The notes beneath the pieces were generated by a model that worked only from the letters and a program-made list of their open reading frames with translations, ran no database searches and was not told the origin of the DNA. DNA of 63,836 bases, the filler included, from Acetivibrio sp. (GTDB taxonomy: Bacteria; Bacillota; Clostridia; Acetivibrionales; Acetivibrionaceae), in NCBI RefSeq assembly GCF_035371925.1. It is 20 parts of 20 records of this genome, joined end to end, with 100 filler letters (N's around TTAATTAATTAA, not from the genome) between each part and the next. Parts side by side here need not be neighbours in the genome. Positions count along the whole stretch, not along the records: positions 38,589 to 41,622 come from NZ_DAORXT010000161.1; positions 41,723 to 44,746 come from NZ_DAORXT010000162.1; positions 44,847 to 47,843 come from NZ_DAORXT010000163.1; positions 47,944 to 50,699 come from NZ_DAORXT010000165.1; 16 more parts are not named here. The stretch is one strand, 5' to 3'. The translations under genes and the position numbers were made by a program. Below, piece by piece: positions 38,589 through 49,803 of this stretch; within the stretch, counting starts at the first letter, position 1, and each line of letters starts with the position of its first letter.

Positions 38589-41500
38589 CTCCAATATTAG
38601 CCTTTAGTTTTAGCGGGTGTTTCTCAACATGCTCAAATTGGGCAACAAGATTAACATCTTCTTTTACCGGAAATCTATAAACCTCATTTTCAGAAACCAA
38701 TTCACCGTCCCGATACCAGCCTAAAAATCTGCTACCGCTCAAAGGCATTGCCTCAACTTTTGCAAAATTACCCTTTAAGAATGTTCCTGTACCGTTAACA
38801 TATCCGCTATCGTTGTCTGAATCAACAGTCACTTTATAATAGTTGTCAGCAATATCTGTACCGGAAATTTCTTCTCTGCCTGCAACTTCTCTAGATGAAC
38901 TGTCTAAGAGTTTGTACTCAATCGACGAACCGTCAGGCACTCCCGACTCAATTTCATCATCACTAAATGCATTTACTGTGCCTGTAAATGTATCACCTTT
39001 TGCAATAGGAATGTTATAGTAGTTTATAAGCCGCAAAACCTCACCGTACAACAAATCGTACTCTCTCAATGAATAACTCATTTCACCGTCGTCCGTTGCT
39101 TTAATATTAACGCGATAATTCTCATCTGCAGGGAGATATATTACCTTTTCGCCTTTTTCATTTATATAACAAATAATACTGCTACCGACATCCTGAGGAA
39201 TATCGTCAACGATAGAAGCAACAAGAGTATTATCACTATTATATACATTAACATCTACCGGACAATTAATATATATGATTCTGGTGGTGCTAGGCGTCTT
39301 TTTATAACTGACATTTTTATTGTAATTTGGGTCTTGAGACATTAACCATGCCAGGCATACTTCAGGATAATGTGCTTGTGGAATACTTTCCGATTGCAGC
39401 AAATCAACAAGCTTAATTATCAAGTTAACAGAATCCGTATTATTGTTCCAAACTTCATCTATAACTTGTCCGAATACTTTAAACAAAACATCGGTTAAAG
39501 AATTTATAAATACATCCGTAACGTTAAGTTCTGCCTTGTCCGCAACCTCTCTTACAAATTTTGCAATATTTTTCTTAACATCCTCTAATCTATCCTCATT
39601 TTTGTAGAACGGATTCAAATTAAATATCGGTTTTAGTATTTCCATTATTTTACTGGCATTTAACTGTTCCGAAAACTCAGCTATGAACTTGTCCATTTTG
39701 CCACTGCCATTATTTAAAACATCCAATATCTCCATAACACCGCTTTGGAAATTTCTATAATAGTTATCTCTTGACCCTACGACGTCATTAGCAAGAAAAT
39801 CAATAGTACTCATTATTATATCTTCTTGTGAAGCTCTAGATTCTTCCCACCAATAGAACGGATCTCCAAAAGGAAGTATTTTTTTCTTATCTATTTTTAA
39901 GTTTGCCTTCTCAGAGAACTCTTGTACTTTATAACCAATATCACGTGCCCCTTCAAGTTTATAAAACTCTCTTAGCATCGCATCGCGTTTTGCCAAAAAA
40001 TTATCCGATGTAGTTTGATTTGGAAGAATATAATCGTTTTTAAAATTATATCGAACAAAGCCCCATTGTTGCGGAGCCACCATCGGCACTATATCATTAA
40101 TGTTAACAACATTGTGAATATTAGTATAATCTTTATAATTGGGAATATCAAGACTAGCCTTTTGTGCACCTCTTGGAGCTTCAAAGGTATAAACAAATAG
40201 ATCCTTATGCTTAAGTGAAACATTTGGTAATTCATATCCAAAGTTTAATGCTCCACCAACCATATTGGCTGTAGCACCTCCACGGCTAAATCCAACCACC
40301 CACAATTTAATATCTCCGGTAATTGATTTATCTATAATATACTTCTTCAAAAACTCAAGGGTATTATCCCTTGCTTTTGTAAATCCATCATGCGTACCGG
40401 TATATCCAACATTAAAATTGCTCGCCCATTCGCTGGCATAACCACCACCACGAACTGCAAGTGCAATTAATGTATATTCTTTGCCGTTATCTCTAACATC
40501 AATAATTTTTTTATTTGCCGCCACTACTCCAATTGAATAGCGAGTTGGCTGTTCATTCCAAAATTCGTTTTGTTCAAAATCTTTAAATCCAATACCCTCT
40601 GTTTCCTTTTCGTAAGTGCCGGAAGCCGTGAGAACCTCTCCTGTAAGCAATTCACGGGCATTTTTACTCTTATGCTTCCAATCTTTCACATCATAACTGG
40701 ACCACGTTGTTAGCTCAAGGCACAATGACATTGTAGCTAACTGAGGATTATAAATTGTAGAGTCCTGAAGAAAGTATCCGTCATCATAATAATATGTAGC
40801 TTCCGCATCATGGGTTTGAACCACCATTCCAGCATACTTAAATTTGCCCGATTTTTTCAGAATATTTCCGGCAATCTTACCGAATTGAAAATCTAACTCG
40901 TTAGGATCAGTAACTTCATAATATCCTTCACTTTGTAAATCGCTCATAAAACGACGGGCAAAAGTAAGCTCTTTACCACTCAAACTGTGAAAAAATCCTA
41001 AGGAATATATGTAATATTGTGTTTTAAGTTCCTGTGCCTTTTCATATGCAGCATTGGCGTAATAATACCCTGAATAATCCGAACTAGTATATGGTCCGCT
41101 ATATGAAGCTTTACCGTTCACAGGTAACCCGTCGGACATCAAAACAATATTCTTAATTACTCCCGGTATACTAACATTTTCAAGCAATTGCCCCGCAACT
41201 GAAAGAGCCGCTTCATGGTTAGTGTTACCGCTTGCACTTATTGAGTTTATTCTGCTAATTAGGGTACTTAAATCATTAGTGAAATTGCAAATAGTTGATG
41301 CTGATGAGTTAAGAGAAACTATAGCGACATAATTCTCACCTTCTGCGACCATAACTTGTTTGCAGAAGTTAACCGCCGCTTCTTTTGCCTTTGCAATAGG
41401 TATCCCTGCCATACTTCCGGATGTGTCCAATACAAGGACTGAATAGCGTGTAGTGACGGATAATTTGCTTTGTACTCCATCTAGAGCCAAATCACTTGCA

Positions 41501-41589
41501 TTGGCAAATAGAGTTGTCATTAGAATCAACGAAAGAATTACGAGTAAAGAAATGATAGACTTTACTGATTTTTTCAGTACTTCAAACAT
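38589..41589 (-). CDS. Secreted vWA plus lipase-like alpha/beta hydrolase plus InlB B-repeat-like multidomain protein (3' end cut)
   Basis: Signal peptide; MIDAS DTSGS and SDG; GFSRGG elbow, NDIVP, AHYPE; C-terminal A.P..G.RFLGWY...Y.F.V..D..LVAQF. Confidence 0.75.
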
Positions 41590-41794
41590 TTTTTATTACT
41601 CCCCCTAATAAAATAATATATTNNNNNNNNNNNNNNNNNNNNNNNNNNNNNNNNNNNNNNNNNNNNTTAATTAATTAANNNNNNNNNNNNNNNNNNNNNN
41701 NNNNNNNNNNNNNNNNNNNNNNCGTTTGTTGCGTTTATAGCGTTGGCTTTGGGATGTTCATTTTATCTCACTATCACTGTCACAGCTTCTCTTT

Positions 41795-41824
41795 CTCTGC
41801 GGGCTCTGTGGCTCTGCGTGAGAG
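41795..41824. repeat. CTCTG-based short extragenic repeat (REP-like)
   Basis: CTCTGCGGGCTCTGTGGCTCTGCGTGAGAG, three CTCTG units with about 9-nt periodicity. Confidence 0.5.
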
Positions 41825-41853
41825 AATCCTAGCATATATAAACCATCATTCAT

Positions 41854-43296
41854 TTACAGGATTTCCAGATTTGTCCCGAATAGTTCATTAAATATAAACC
41901 TAAAAGTGTTGACTGAGTTGGTCCCTTCAGGCCAGAGTTTTCCATGGTGCTTTGGAATATAGACAGCACTGAAAACTTTATGAGCACCTGGTTTGTCCAT
42001 CCTGGCCCCATGGTCTGCCTGTATTATTATTACAGGCGCAGTCTGATTAGATGATAGCTTACGTTCAACAAGTTCTTTCACCTTTTTTGTTATAAAAATA
42101 TGTTGGTCAATGTAAAGCTTTTTGCTATCGCCGCTTTGACCTTTAATAGTGCTTAGTTTTTCTCCATTTGGGCCAAAGACATAGGGTGTGTGAGGACAAA
42201 TTATATGGGCAAAAACGAACTTTGGCTTACCGAGTATCACAGTCATATTTTCTAAAGTATCAAATGCATCAAGAACTGATCTCCGGACAAAATATTTATT
42301 GATAAAAAAAAGTCGTAATAGGCTGTTGCTCGCTATAATGGCAGGTAATTCATCTTTGAACTGCAATCCATAAAAATTATAATTCTTATCAGCAAGCTGA
42401 TTGTATCTCGTCTGTGCAAACCATGACCCCATGTGTATATATTGGTAACCGATTGTTTTTAGATAGTTTACAACTTTATTATTGCGAAGGCGAATCATTC
42501 TTTCTTCTTCATAAGCGTTTAAAATGTTCATGCTTTGGAGAAAGCTATCCGAGAAACTACCCGAAGATGTTTTGCCCTCATGTCTTTTTACTGGGATAAT
42601 ATTTAGCCTGGCTTCCAAGATTGAAGCGGTTGATAAAGAATTTGTTATCATTTCTGTTGTCATAAAGCCCTTTTGATTCAAGAAATTAACAAAAGGTGAC
42701 ATATCATGATTAAAATAACTTTTCATCTGTGAAGGTGCAGCATATTCATCCAATACAATAAAATAGATATCAGGAAGACGTTCTGGTTGTTTATATATAG
42801 ATATATTTTTTGTGTTAAGCGTCCCGTTTATTTTTGCGTAAGCGACAGCTTGCATAGTAATGCTGTAAGCATTGAAAATTAATAGAATACCCGCAATAAT
42901 GCAAAATACTTTGTTAATCTTGGCAATTCTGTTATTACTAAAGCGTAAAGACTTAATGATATAGAATATCAAGGCAAAAAGGATTATAATAGAAGTCGCT
43001 GCCAGAACAATTCCCTTCAAATATGTTCCACTCGTATAGCTTGAAATGTATTCGTATAATGTCCCATAATTACAGAAGACAATCAGCAAAGGCGATAATA
43101 AGGCTACGGAAGTTCCCGCCTTTTTTACGATCAACTTTATAAGGAAATATAACAGCAGAGAAAAAGCGCATACTGCGATGAGCGGAAGAACAATCTGCCC
43201 GGGCGGAATCAGTCCTGCATATTGTGTAAATGGCATTATGACGAAAATAATAGAAAATAATAAAGGATGTAAAAGTATTAGTTTATCAGTCAACAT
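41854..43296 (-). CDS. Membrane-anchored sulfatase-like / LTA-synthase-family protein
   Basis: About five N-terminal TM segments; PDIYFIVLDEY, FAHIICPHTPYVF, IIIQADHG. Confidence 0.8.
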   Translation of the reverse strand: MLTDKLILLHPLLFSIIFVIMPFTQYAGLIPPGQIVLPLIAVCAFSLLLYFLIKLIVKKAGTSVALLSPLLIVFCNYGTLYEYISSYTSGTYLKGIVLAATSIIILFALIFYIIKSLRFSNNRIAKINKVFCIIAGILLIFNAYSITMQAVAYAKINGTLNTKNISIYKQPERLPDIYFIVLDEYAAPSQMKSYFNHDMSPFVNFLNQKGFMTTEMITNSLSTASILEARLNIIPVKRHEGKTSSGSFSDSFLQSMNILNAYEEERMIRLRNNKVVNYLKTIGYQYIHMGSWFAQTRYNQLADKNYNFYGLQFKDELPAIIASNSLLRLFFINKYFVRRSVLDAFDTLENMTVILGKPKFVFAHIICPHTPYVFGPNGEKLSTIKGQSGDSKKLYIDQHIFITKKVKELVERKLSSNQTAPVIIIQADHGARMDKPGAHKVFSAVYIPKHHGKLWPEGTNSVNTFRFIFNELFGTNLEIL

Positions 43297-43302
43297 GGAA
43301 TA

Positions 43303-44703
43303 TTATTGTTTGATTGCTTCTGAATTGTTGAGATTTTGTTTTTCCATCAGATAGAGGGTACGTTCAGAATGCTCAATTTTGATATAGTCAAGGATTAAGA
43401 AATAGTTACTAAGGGCGGATTCAAAATGTTCCTGATCATAATCCGTGAAGATGTCCTCACGGGAGCGCAGTAACCTTTGTACCTGTGAATCGTTCTTAGG
43501 GACGAATTCAATTACAAGGAAACGGCATATTTTACTTAAAAATGATGCAATTTTATCAAAGGGCAGGTTGTTTGAAATCGCAAGATGGTGAATTAGGGCA
43601 AGGGCAAAGACCATGTCGGCGGGGCCTCGTTCTACGAGGGAGGCTCTCTCTTCATTTGCCCAACCGATGGATGGGCTTGGATTGGTTAAGTCAAGCAATA
43701 AGGGGAGGATGTTAGTCTCGCCATGCTTCCTGCACTCGATATAATTTTTTTCAACAGCAGCCGGATCAATATCGAACGATAGTGTTGGAATTGCCTTTTT
43801 GCTTGCGATCCTGCTAAAGATGCCGGTATTTGCACCTAAATCCCAGACAGTTTTAGGGTTTATTCTCTCGAGATAGTTACTGATGATGGATTTCTTGTGC
43901 TCGAATGATGTGGAGGAGTAATTAGTATAATCATAATAATCAGCCCATTCGGTTTCTTCGGGACGCCAATGGAGTGCTTTTATTGCGTTCTCAAGGTTGT
44001 CAATAATTCCGAGCAAGGAAACCTTACTCAGCTTTCTCAATTTCACATTAACTTGTTTGTCCGCAAAGTGTTTCTGGCTTTTTGCATGAAAATGTATATG
44101 GGAAAGAAGTGAAAATTTGACCCAGCTTTTTAAGGGAAGTAGTCTGCTTGCCATATCAAGGGGAATGCCGTCTATATATACCCTTGCAAGCTGGTTAAGT
44201 CGCGCATCTGTCAGTGCCATGAGCGCAAGAGGCGCAAGAAAATGCTGGCAGAACTGACGATAGGCAACCCAGGGCTCACCTTCCACGTATTTCTCAAAAG
44301 AGAGTGTATCAATAAGGATGGGTTTGCCATTGAGAAACTGGATGTTGTATGCACTGGCATCTTTTAATGACATACCATATTCGAGGGCTATTTTTTGAAT
44401 ATTAAGGGTAGTTAGGGCGGCATCTTTTAGCTGGCCGAAACACCATTCATAAGGATAGGAGATAAAAGGAATGATATCAGGTTTTATTATTTTAAATGCC
44501 CCGTTCTGTTCCTTGCTTATCTCTTCATGGGAGATGAGCAGTTTTTCTTCAACGAGTCTTTTATAAAGACCTGACTCTATAAGATGTTCGTAATGTTCCC
44601 TGTAAACACGGTTTATTTGGCGATAAAGCGTGCCGTCCTCTTTGAAGAGAAAACCGCTTGGATCCCTGAAAGAACTTGGTATACGACTGGCTGCGACAGT
44701 CAT
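43303..44703 (-). CDS. SAM-dependent methyltransferase of polysaccharide loci
   Basis: SSFRDPSG, ISYPYEWCFGQLKDAA, LKDASAYNIQF, VWDLGANTG, LALIHHLA. Confidence 0.8.
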   Translation of the reverse strand: MTVAASRIPSSFRDPSGFLFKEDGTLYRQINRVYREHYEHLIESGLYKRLVEEKLLISHEEISKEQNGAFKIIKPDIIPFISYPYEWCFGQLKDAALTTLNIQKIALEYGMSLKDASAYNIQFLNGKPILIDTLSFEKYVEGEPWVAYRQFCQHFLAPLALMALTDARLNQLARVYIDGIPLDMASRLLPLKSWVKFSLLSHIHFHAKSQKHFADKQVNVKLRKLSKVSLLGIIDNLENAIKALHWRPEETEWADYYDYTNYSSTSFEHKKSIISNYLERINPKTVWDLGANTGIFSRIASKKAIPTLSFDIDPAAVEKNYIECRKHGETNILPLLLDLTNPSPSIGWANEERASLVERGPADMVFALALIHHLAISNNLPFDKIASFLSKICRFLVIEFVPKNDSQVQRLLRSREDIFTDYDQEHFESALSNYFLILDYIKIEHSERTLYLMEKQNLNNSEAIKQ

Positions 44704-44846
44704 TTTTCCTGTTTTTTTGAAAAACGACTACTGAAGAAATTCTTAANNNNNNNNNNNNNNNNNNNNNNNNNNNNNNNNNNNNNNNNNNNNTTAATTAATT
44801 AANNNNNNNNNNNNNNNNNNNNNNNNNNNNNNNNNNNNNNNNNNNN

Positions 44847-44899
44847 TATTTTAGCGTGGTTATGGGCTCTTTTTCCCTCTTCTAACTGCAAAATTCAGG
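44847..44899 (-). mobile_element. Terminus of a multicopy element starting CCTGAATTTTGCAG (IS1380-like), copy 1
   Basis: Exact reverse complement of 61249-61301; both at contig ends with different flanks. Confidence 0.55.
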
Positions 44900-45104
44900 T
44901 TTCAAACTGACAGAATGGAAAAGCACAAAAAACGTAGAAAGAGAATAGAAATGTAAAAAGACCAAAAATACTAAAAATTTTTGATTTAAACCCCATAATA
45001 ATTTTAATTGCTACCGAAATAATATAGTAGCAAAAGGATTGACATTTGCCTAAGAAGTCAAAATAGTTTGGTATGAAGGTATGAAAGCATGAAGGTTAGA
45101 AAGT

Positions 45105-45135
45105 AGAGAAGAGGCTCGTTATTGAGCCTCTTTCT
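45105..45135. terminator. Rho-independent terminator
   Basis: AAGAGGCTC-GTTATT-GAGCCTCTT, 25 nt past the stop at 45161. Confidence 0.7.
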
Positions 45136-45160
45136 ATATTGGAATGATATTTTTTTTACT

Positions 45161-45691
45161 TTAGGCAACAAGCGATATCAAAACATTTGGAATAAGCAGT
45201 GCTACTGCAATACCGTAAAGCAAATCCAGCCATACGACTGAGCCCAGGGCACACAGATAAATCAATCCCACCAAAGGTGCTGTAAGGATTTTTACAAGAA
45301 TAGGCGTAGAGGGATCTTTTACTGATTTCCATATGTTGGCAGCATCACCCGTGCTTGGGAAAGAGTGCATAGCTATGGATACTCCCAACCAGATCAATAT
45401 TATGTCAAATATATCAGGACTGTCAAATTTAAAAACCGGAATGGAAGCACCTGAAGCTATAACAGCACCGACAAGTGTGTTTATAATAAACGGACCTATG
45501 CCTATAAGAATATTTTGCCAAGACTTTTTGGGTACTTCATGTATAACATATCCGCTGGGATTCTTCAGCTGAAAATAGCGTACATCCAAAACTGCGACCT
45601 TTGAGAGCCGGCAGAACAACTGATGTGCCATTTCATGTACTATTACTCCGGGAAAAGTCAGAGCTGATATAACAATACCTGGTATTAGCAT
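45161..45691 (-). CDS. Small integral-membrane HExxH zinc metalloprotease-like protein
   Basis: FPGVIVHEMAH, IGIGPF, HSFPSTGD; several TM segments; ATG at 45691. Confidence 0.75.
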   Translation of the reverse strand: MLIPGIVISALTFPGVIVHEMAHQLFCRLSKVAVLDVRYFQLKNPSGYVIHEVPKKSWQNILIGIGPFIINTLVGAVIASGASIPVFKFDSPDIFDIILIWLGVSIAMHSFPSTGDAANIWKSVKDPSTPILVKILTAPLVGLIYLCALGSVVWLDLLYGIAVALLIPNVLISLVA

Positions 45692-45695
45692 AAAA

Positions 45696-46787
45696 TCAAT
45701 TCTCCTCCGAAACTTGTTTTCTCCACTCCAATTCGCCGTTGAATATGGAAGTGAGCAAATTAATTGTGTAAGCATCTTTGTATGTGCCGTTTTTAAACGA
45801 TTCAAACATTTCGTCTCTTTCTTTTGTCATGTTATTATAATGGTATGCCAAAGCCATATTGGCTATTGAAAGGGGATTGGTTTTATCGAGATTATATGTT
45901 TTGGTAGCAAGCTCCAACCCTTTCTTGACATCTCCAAGTTTGAGTTCGGCCCTTACATAGTATCCTAAAGCAGCAGTGTTTTGCTGGTTGTCCGCCAAAA
46001 CCTTCAAGCAGTGTTGCACAGATTTGTTATAGTCTCCTTTTTCGCAGTATATTTCGGCGAGAAGAAGGTGACCGAAGTAAAAATCGTCATATTGGGCAAC
46101 AACTCCACCTATAAGCTGCTCAGCTTCATCATACATTCCGAGTTCAAATTTTTTGTCTGCGAGATAATAGGTTGCGCAAACATCACCAGGATAATAGTCT
46201 AAATATTCGGTAATTGCTTCTACAAGTATTTCGGTATTATCACTATATTCTATCAGAAGGGTGTAAAAACTGTTGCTTTGAGGATAGTAATAAGTCTTAA
46301 TTTTTGTGTATATTGAATTTACCGTTTCCACCAAATCCGAATCCGATTCTCTTCCGGATATAAGGGCAAAAGTGTCGTAAGCTTCGTCAATTTGCAAGTT
46401 ATAATACTTGGCAAGAAACAGTCTGGCAAGTACCAGAGTGGAATCGGAGTATTTCTCTGCTGCCTTCGTATACTCCTTGACTGCTGTAATATAATTTTTT
46501 TCTTTTGCAGCCTTTTCGCCCCTGTTAAAAGCGACAGCACTGCTTACGACAGAAGGAAGTCGTACAATAGAAAAAACGGTTGCAGCAAGTATAATTAAAG
46601 AAAAAATCTTTATCCATAAAGGAAAGGGACGTTTTGAAAGCTTTTTTCTGCAATCTGAGCATAAATCAACATTGTAACCTTCCTCAATATCGGGGTTTGA
46701 ACAGCATTGGCACCCTTTTTTTACTTCAAGCTTATCATCTACATGTATACCGGAGTTGAAATCCTGGTTTTCATAATTTTGCTCCAT
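45696..46787 (-). CDS. TPR protein with N-terminal Cys cluster and a TM helix
   Basis: CQCC..LCSDC, one TM, repeated TPR-like helices; ATG at 46787 after AGGGG. Confidence 0.8.
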   Translation of the reverse strand: MEQNYENQDFNSGIHVDDKLEVKKGCQCCSNPDIEEGYNVDLCSDCRKKLSKRPFPLWIKIFSLIILAATVFSIVRLPSVVSSAVAFNRGEKAAKEKNYITAVKEYTKAAEKYSDSTLVLARLFLAKYYNLQIDEAYDTFALISGRESDSDLVETVNSIYTKIKTYYYPQSNSFYTLLIEYSDNTEILVEAITEYLDYYPGDVCATYYLADKKFELGMYDEAEQLIGGVVAQYDDFYFGHLLLAEIYCEKGDYNKSVQHCLKVLADNQQNTAALGYYVRAELKLGDVKKGLELATKTYNLDKTNPLSIANMALAYHYNNMTKERDEMFESFKNGTYKDAYTINLLTSIFNGELEWRKQVSEEN

Positions 46788-46971
46788 ATAATTCCCCCTA
46801 AAATAAGTTGTAATAGGTAACAATGTGAAGAGGCTTTAAGTGAATGAGTAAGTACGGTAATTTTTGCATAATATAGATCGCTTGCAGAAGACAATACTGT
46901 GAACATGTTACTATTACCATCTAATATAATATGAATATAACATAAAACAACCATGATTTCAATAACCGAGA

Positions 46972-47843
46972 TTACTTTGACGCTTGGCGCTTTGCTTCGT
47001 TTATGTATGCGGTATCACTGGAGCCGTTTACATATATATCGGGCACAATTTTTTTTTCCATGATGTTTTCTTCCATGACGTTCCAATAGAAGCTTACCAA
47101 ATAAATCATGTATTTTTTGGCTTTGTCTTCGTAAGCCAGTTGTCCGACGCCTTTACCCACCGTTGGATGGCCGATTATGACAACATTGCTCAGGTGCTTC
47201 TTAAGGCCAAGGGCAAGAATTTCCGAGCTGCTTGCAGAATACTCATTGACCAGAACAAGAATTTTCTTAAACTTTATTTGGGCGGCATCGGAATAGTAAG
47301 GATACATGTATCCGTCTCTATAGACAATGTAGCTTGTAGTACATGCAGGCAAAAGATAGTCCAATATGTCGTTGGACGAAGATGTAACCCCTCCTAAGTT
47401 GTCCCTGAGATCAATAATTAAAACTTTTTCCTCAGGATTTTCAATTGAGTCAATTATTTCTTTAAATTCCCAGCTGACACTTGGAGTAAAGGAATTAATC
47501 TTAATATAATGCATGTTTGGTTCAAGTTGCCGTGAAGACACTTGGGAAATACTTTCCTCATATTTTACCAGATCGTATTCGTCCCCATAAATTACAAAGG
47601 TAAACATGTCATTTTTCTGCCTTATGCTGTCTATAAATTTGCATATATCATTTACACTAACTTCGCCTTTAGCTATAAATTCGTTTGCAAGGGCGTCAAA
47701 GTTTGTTATTTTGTCATAGTATAAGTAATTGTTTTTGACAAAGTCAACTATTCTCTCCGCTTTAGAAAGCTTTTGCTTGTCAAGCACTGATTGAAGGTAG
47801 GTTACGGCTTCGTTGTCGGCAGATATTTTTGCAGCCTTTTGGG
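46972..47843 (-). CDS. S41-family peptidase (5' end cut by contig end)
   Basis: IIDLRDNLGG, LVNEYSASSSEI, GHPTVGKGVGQ, PDI. Confidence 0.88.
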
Positions 47844-48080
47844 NNNNNNNNNNNNNNNNNNNNNNNNNNNNNNNNNNNNNNNNNNNNTTAATTAATTAAN
47901 NNNNNNNNNNNNNNNNNNNNNNNNNNNNNNNNNNNNNNNNNNNCTTAAAACAGGGTTCTGTAAGATTTTGTAAGGCAATTAAACTTGCAATTTAAACCTT
48001 TTTTATGATTGTTATGTTTATATTTACTAAATTGATGAAATATTATATAATGTATTAATCCATTTGGATATACATTTTAT

Positions 48081-48521
48081 TTGAAAAAGGTTGTTTGGAT
48101 GATTTCAGATTTTTTCGACAAAATTACAGGTGAATTCAATTATAAACCGGATGAAGTAAGCCAGCTGTCGCCTTTGGTGCTTGCGTACATAGGCGACGCC
48201 GTATATGAGGTTTTTATCCGCACAATGCTTGTGACACAAGGAAACGTGCCGGTGCATGTTCTCCACAAGCGTTCTATTGCTTATGTCAAAGCCAAGGCTC
48301 AGTCGGATGTTATCCATAGGATAATGCCTTTGCTTACGGAGGAGGAGCTTGGTGTGGTTCGCAGGGGAAGGAATGCCAAATCGGCCACGGTTCCGAAAAA
48401 TGCGGATGTTACAGAATACAGGTATGCTACCGGTTTTGAGTCTTTGATAGGTTTTCTTTATCTAAAGAAAGATTATGAGCGGTTGATGGAAATATTGCGT
48501 ATGGCTGTTTCGGAAAATTGA
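48081..48521 (+). CDS. mrnC: Mini-ribonuclease III
   Basis: LAYIGDAVYE, VKAKAQS, RRGRNAK, YRYATGFESLIGFLYL. Confidence 0.95.
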   Translation: MKKVVWMISDFFDKITGEFNYKPDEVSQLSPLVLAYIGDAVYEVFIRTMLVTQGNVPVHVLHKRSIAYVKAKAQSDVIHRIMPLLTEEELGVVRRGRNAKSATVPKNADVTEYRYATGFESLIGFLYLKKDYERLMEILRMAVSEN

Positions 48522-48669
48522 CACGATTTAAAAGCTTTGACAGAATTTGAGAGGTAAAAACGGCTAAAACGCAATTTTTTTGAGAAAAATAAAAGAGAAT
48601 TGCATTTTACGTACTAAAAATCAAGCTTTTCAACGAAATTATAATTATGAGGGAAGGTTACAAAAGATT

Positions 48670-49503
48670 ATGGGCAATATTGAGAAGAAGGGCTATAAGA
48701 AGGCTAAGCCGTCGAGACAGTCGGATGTAAAATACAAAGGGGAAGAAGAAAGAAATGACATAAGAGACGACCTTGACAAGATTGAAGGGCGCAACTCCGT
48801 ACTTGAGGCGATAAAGTCCGGAAGGACGATAAACAAGATTTTAGTACAGAAAGGCGAAAAAGAAGGCTCAATAAGGCACTTAATTGCACTGGCAAGAGAG
48901 AGGGGCATAGTAGTTCAGGAAACGGACAAATCAAATCTTGATAAAATTTCTGCCACTCATGCACATCAAGGTGTAATTGCCTATGTTGCTTTCAAAGATT
49001 ATGTTGAGGTTGACGATATCCTGGAGATTGCACGGTCCAAGGGAGAAGATCCTTATATTATAATTTTGGACGGCATTACCGATGCATATAATCTGGGTTC
49101 CATATTAAGGACTGCCGATGCGGTTGGTGCCCATGGCGTTATTATACCCAAAAGAAGGGCAATAGGCCTTAATGCTGCAGTTTCAAAAGCTTCGGCAGGT
49201 GCGATAGAATATGTTCCCGTGGCGCGGGTGACAAATATTTCGCAGACAATAGAGTATCTGAAGAAGGAAAACATATGGGTTGTCGGCACCGATCTTTCCG
49301 GAGAAAAGTCTTTCTTTGAGGCTGATTTAAAAGGGCCTGTGGCTCTAGTTATTGGAAGTGAAGGGGAAGGAATGGGAAGGCTGGTTGCCGAAAAGTGTGA
49401 TTTTATAGTTAATATTCCTATGCAGGGAAATATATCGTCCTTGAACGCAGCAGTTGCGGGGGCTATAATTATGTATGAGATTCGAAGGCAAAGAAATTTT
49501 TAA
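48670..49503 (+). CDS. rlmB: 23S rRNA (Gm2251) methyltransferase, TrmH family
   Basis: IEGRNSVLEA, HQGVIA, LDGITDAYNLGSILRTA, IGSEGEG, SLNAAVA. Confidence 0.94.
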   Translation: MGNIEKKGYKKAKPSRQSDVKYKGEEERNDIRDDLDKIEGRNSVLEAIKSGRTINKILVQKGEKEGSIRHLIALARERGIVVQETDKSNLDKISATHAHQGVIAYVAFKDYVEVDDILEIARSKGEDPYIIILDGITDAYNLGSILRTADAVGAHGVIIPKRRAIGLNAAVSKASAGAIEYVPVARVTNISQTIEYLKKENIWVVGTDLSGEKSFFEADLKGPVALVIGSEGEGMGRLVAEKCDFIVNIPMQGNISSLNAAVAGAIIMYEIRRQRNF

Positions 49504-49644
49504 ATAAATTTTAAAAATTACTTGTTCATAATAAAATGAAACTGCCGATAACTATATAGAGAGGTTTGAATAGGAGGGTTCCATAGATGATAGAATGGGA
49601 CAGCCGGGCGTAAATTCTGCCTTGAGAACTTGGCAAGCGAATCG

Positions 49645-49700
49645 TGTCGAATAATTGCCGGATTTTTTGCTTGACAGGGCCAAGGGAGTTTTTGTATAAT
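49645..49700 (+). promoter_or_regulatory. Sigma-A promoter of sigH with an upstream Spo0A-box match
   Basis: TGTCGAA (49645-49651, consensus TGNCGAA); TTGACA (49671), 18 nt, TG-extended TATAAT (49695). Confidence 0.6.
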
Positions 49701-49803
49701 CCACCTAGGTGTGCCTTGCTGCTTATTATGCATTCTATTAATCTATTCTATATATCAAGCCTTGAAATTTTATAGTTTTCACATAAGTCAAGGGGGCGAT
49801 ATT

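Noticed and set aside
49504..49803. Missing NYN-domain gene (yacP/rae1) between rlmB and sigH as a deletion event
   Set aside because: No relic is visible and I cannot establish that relatives have it here; the 5' extension of the sigH ORF in the track is just open upstream sequence.
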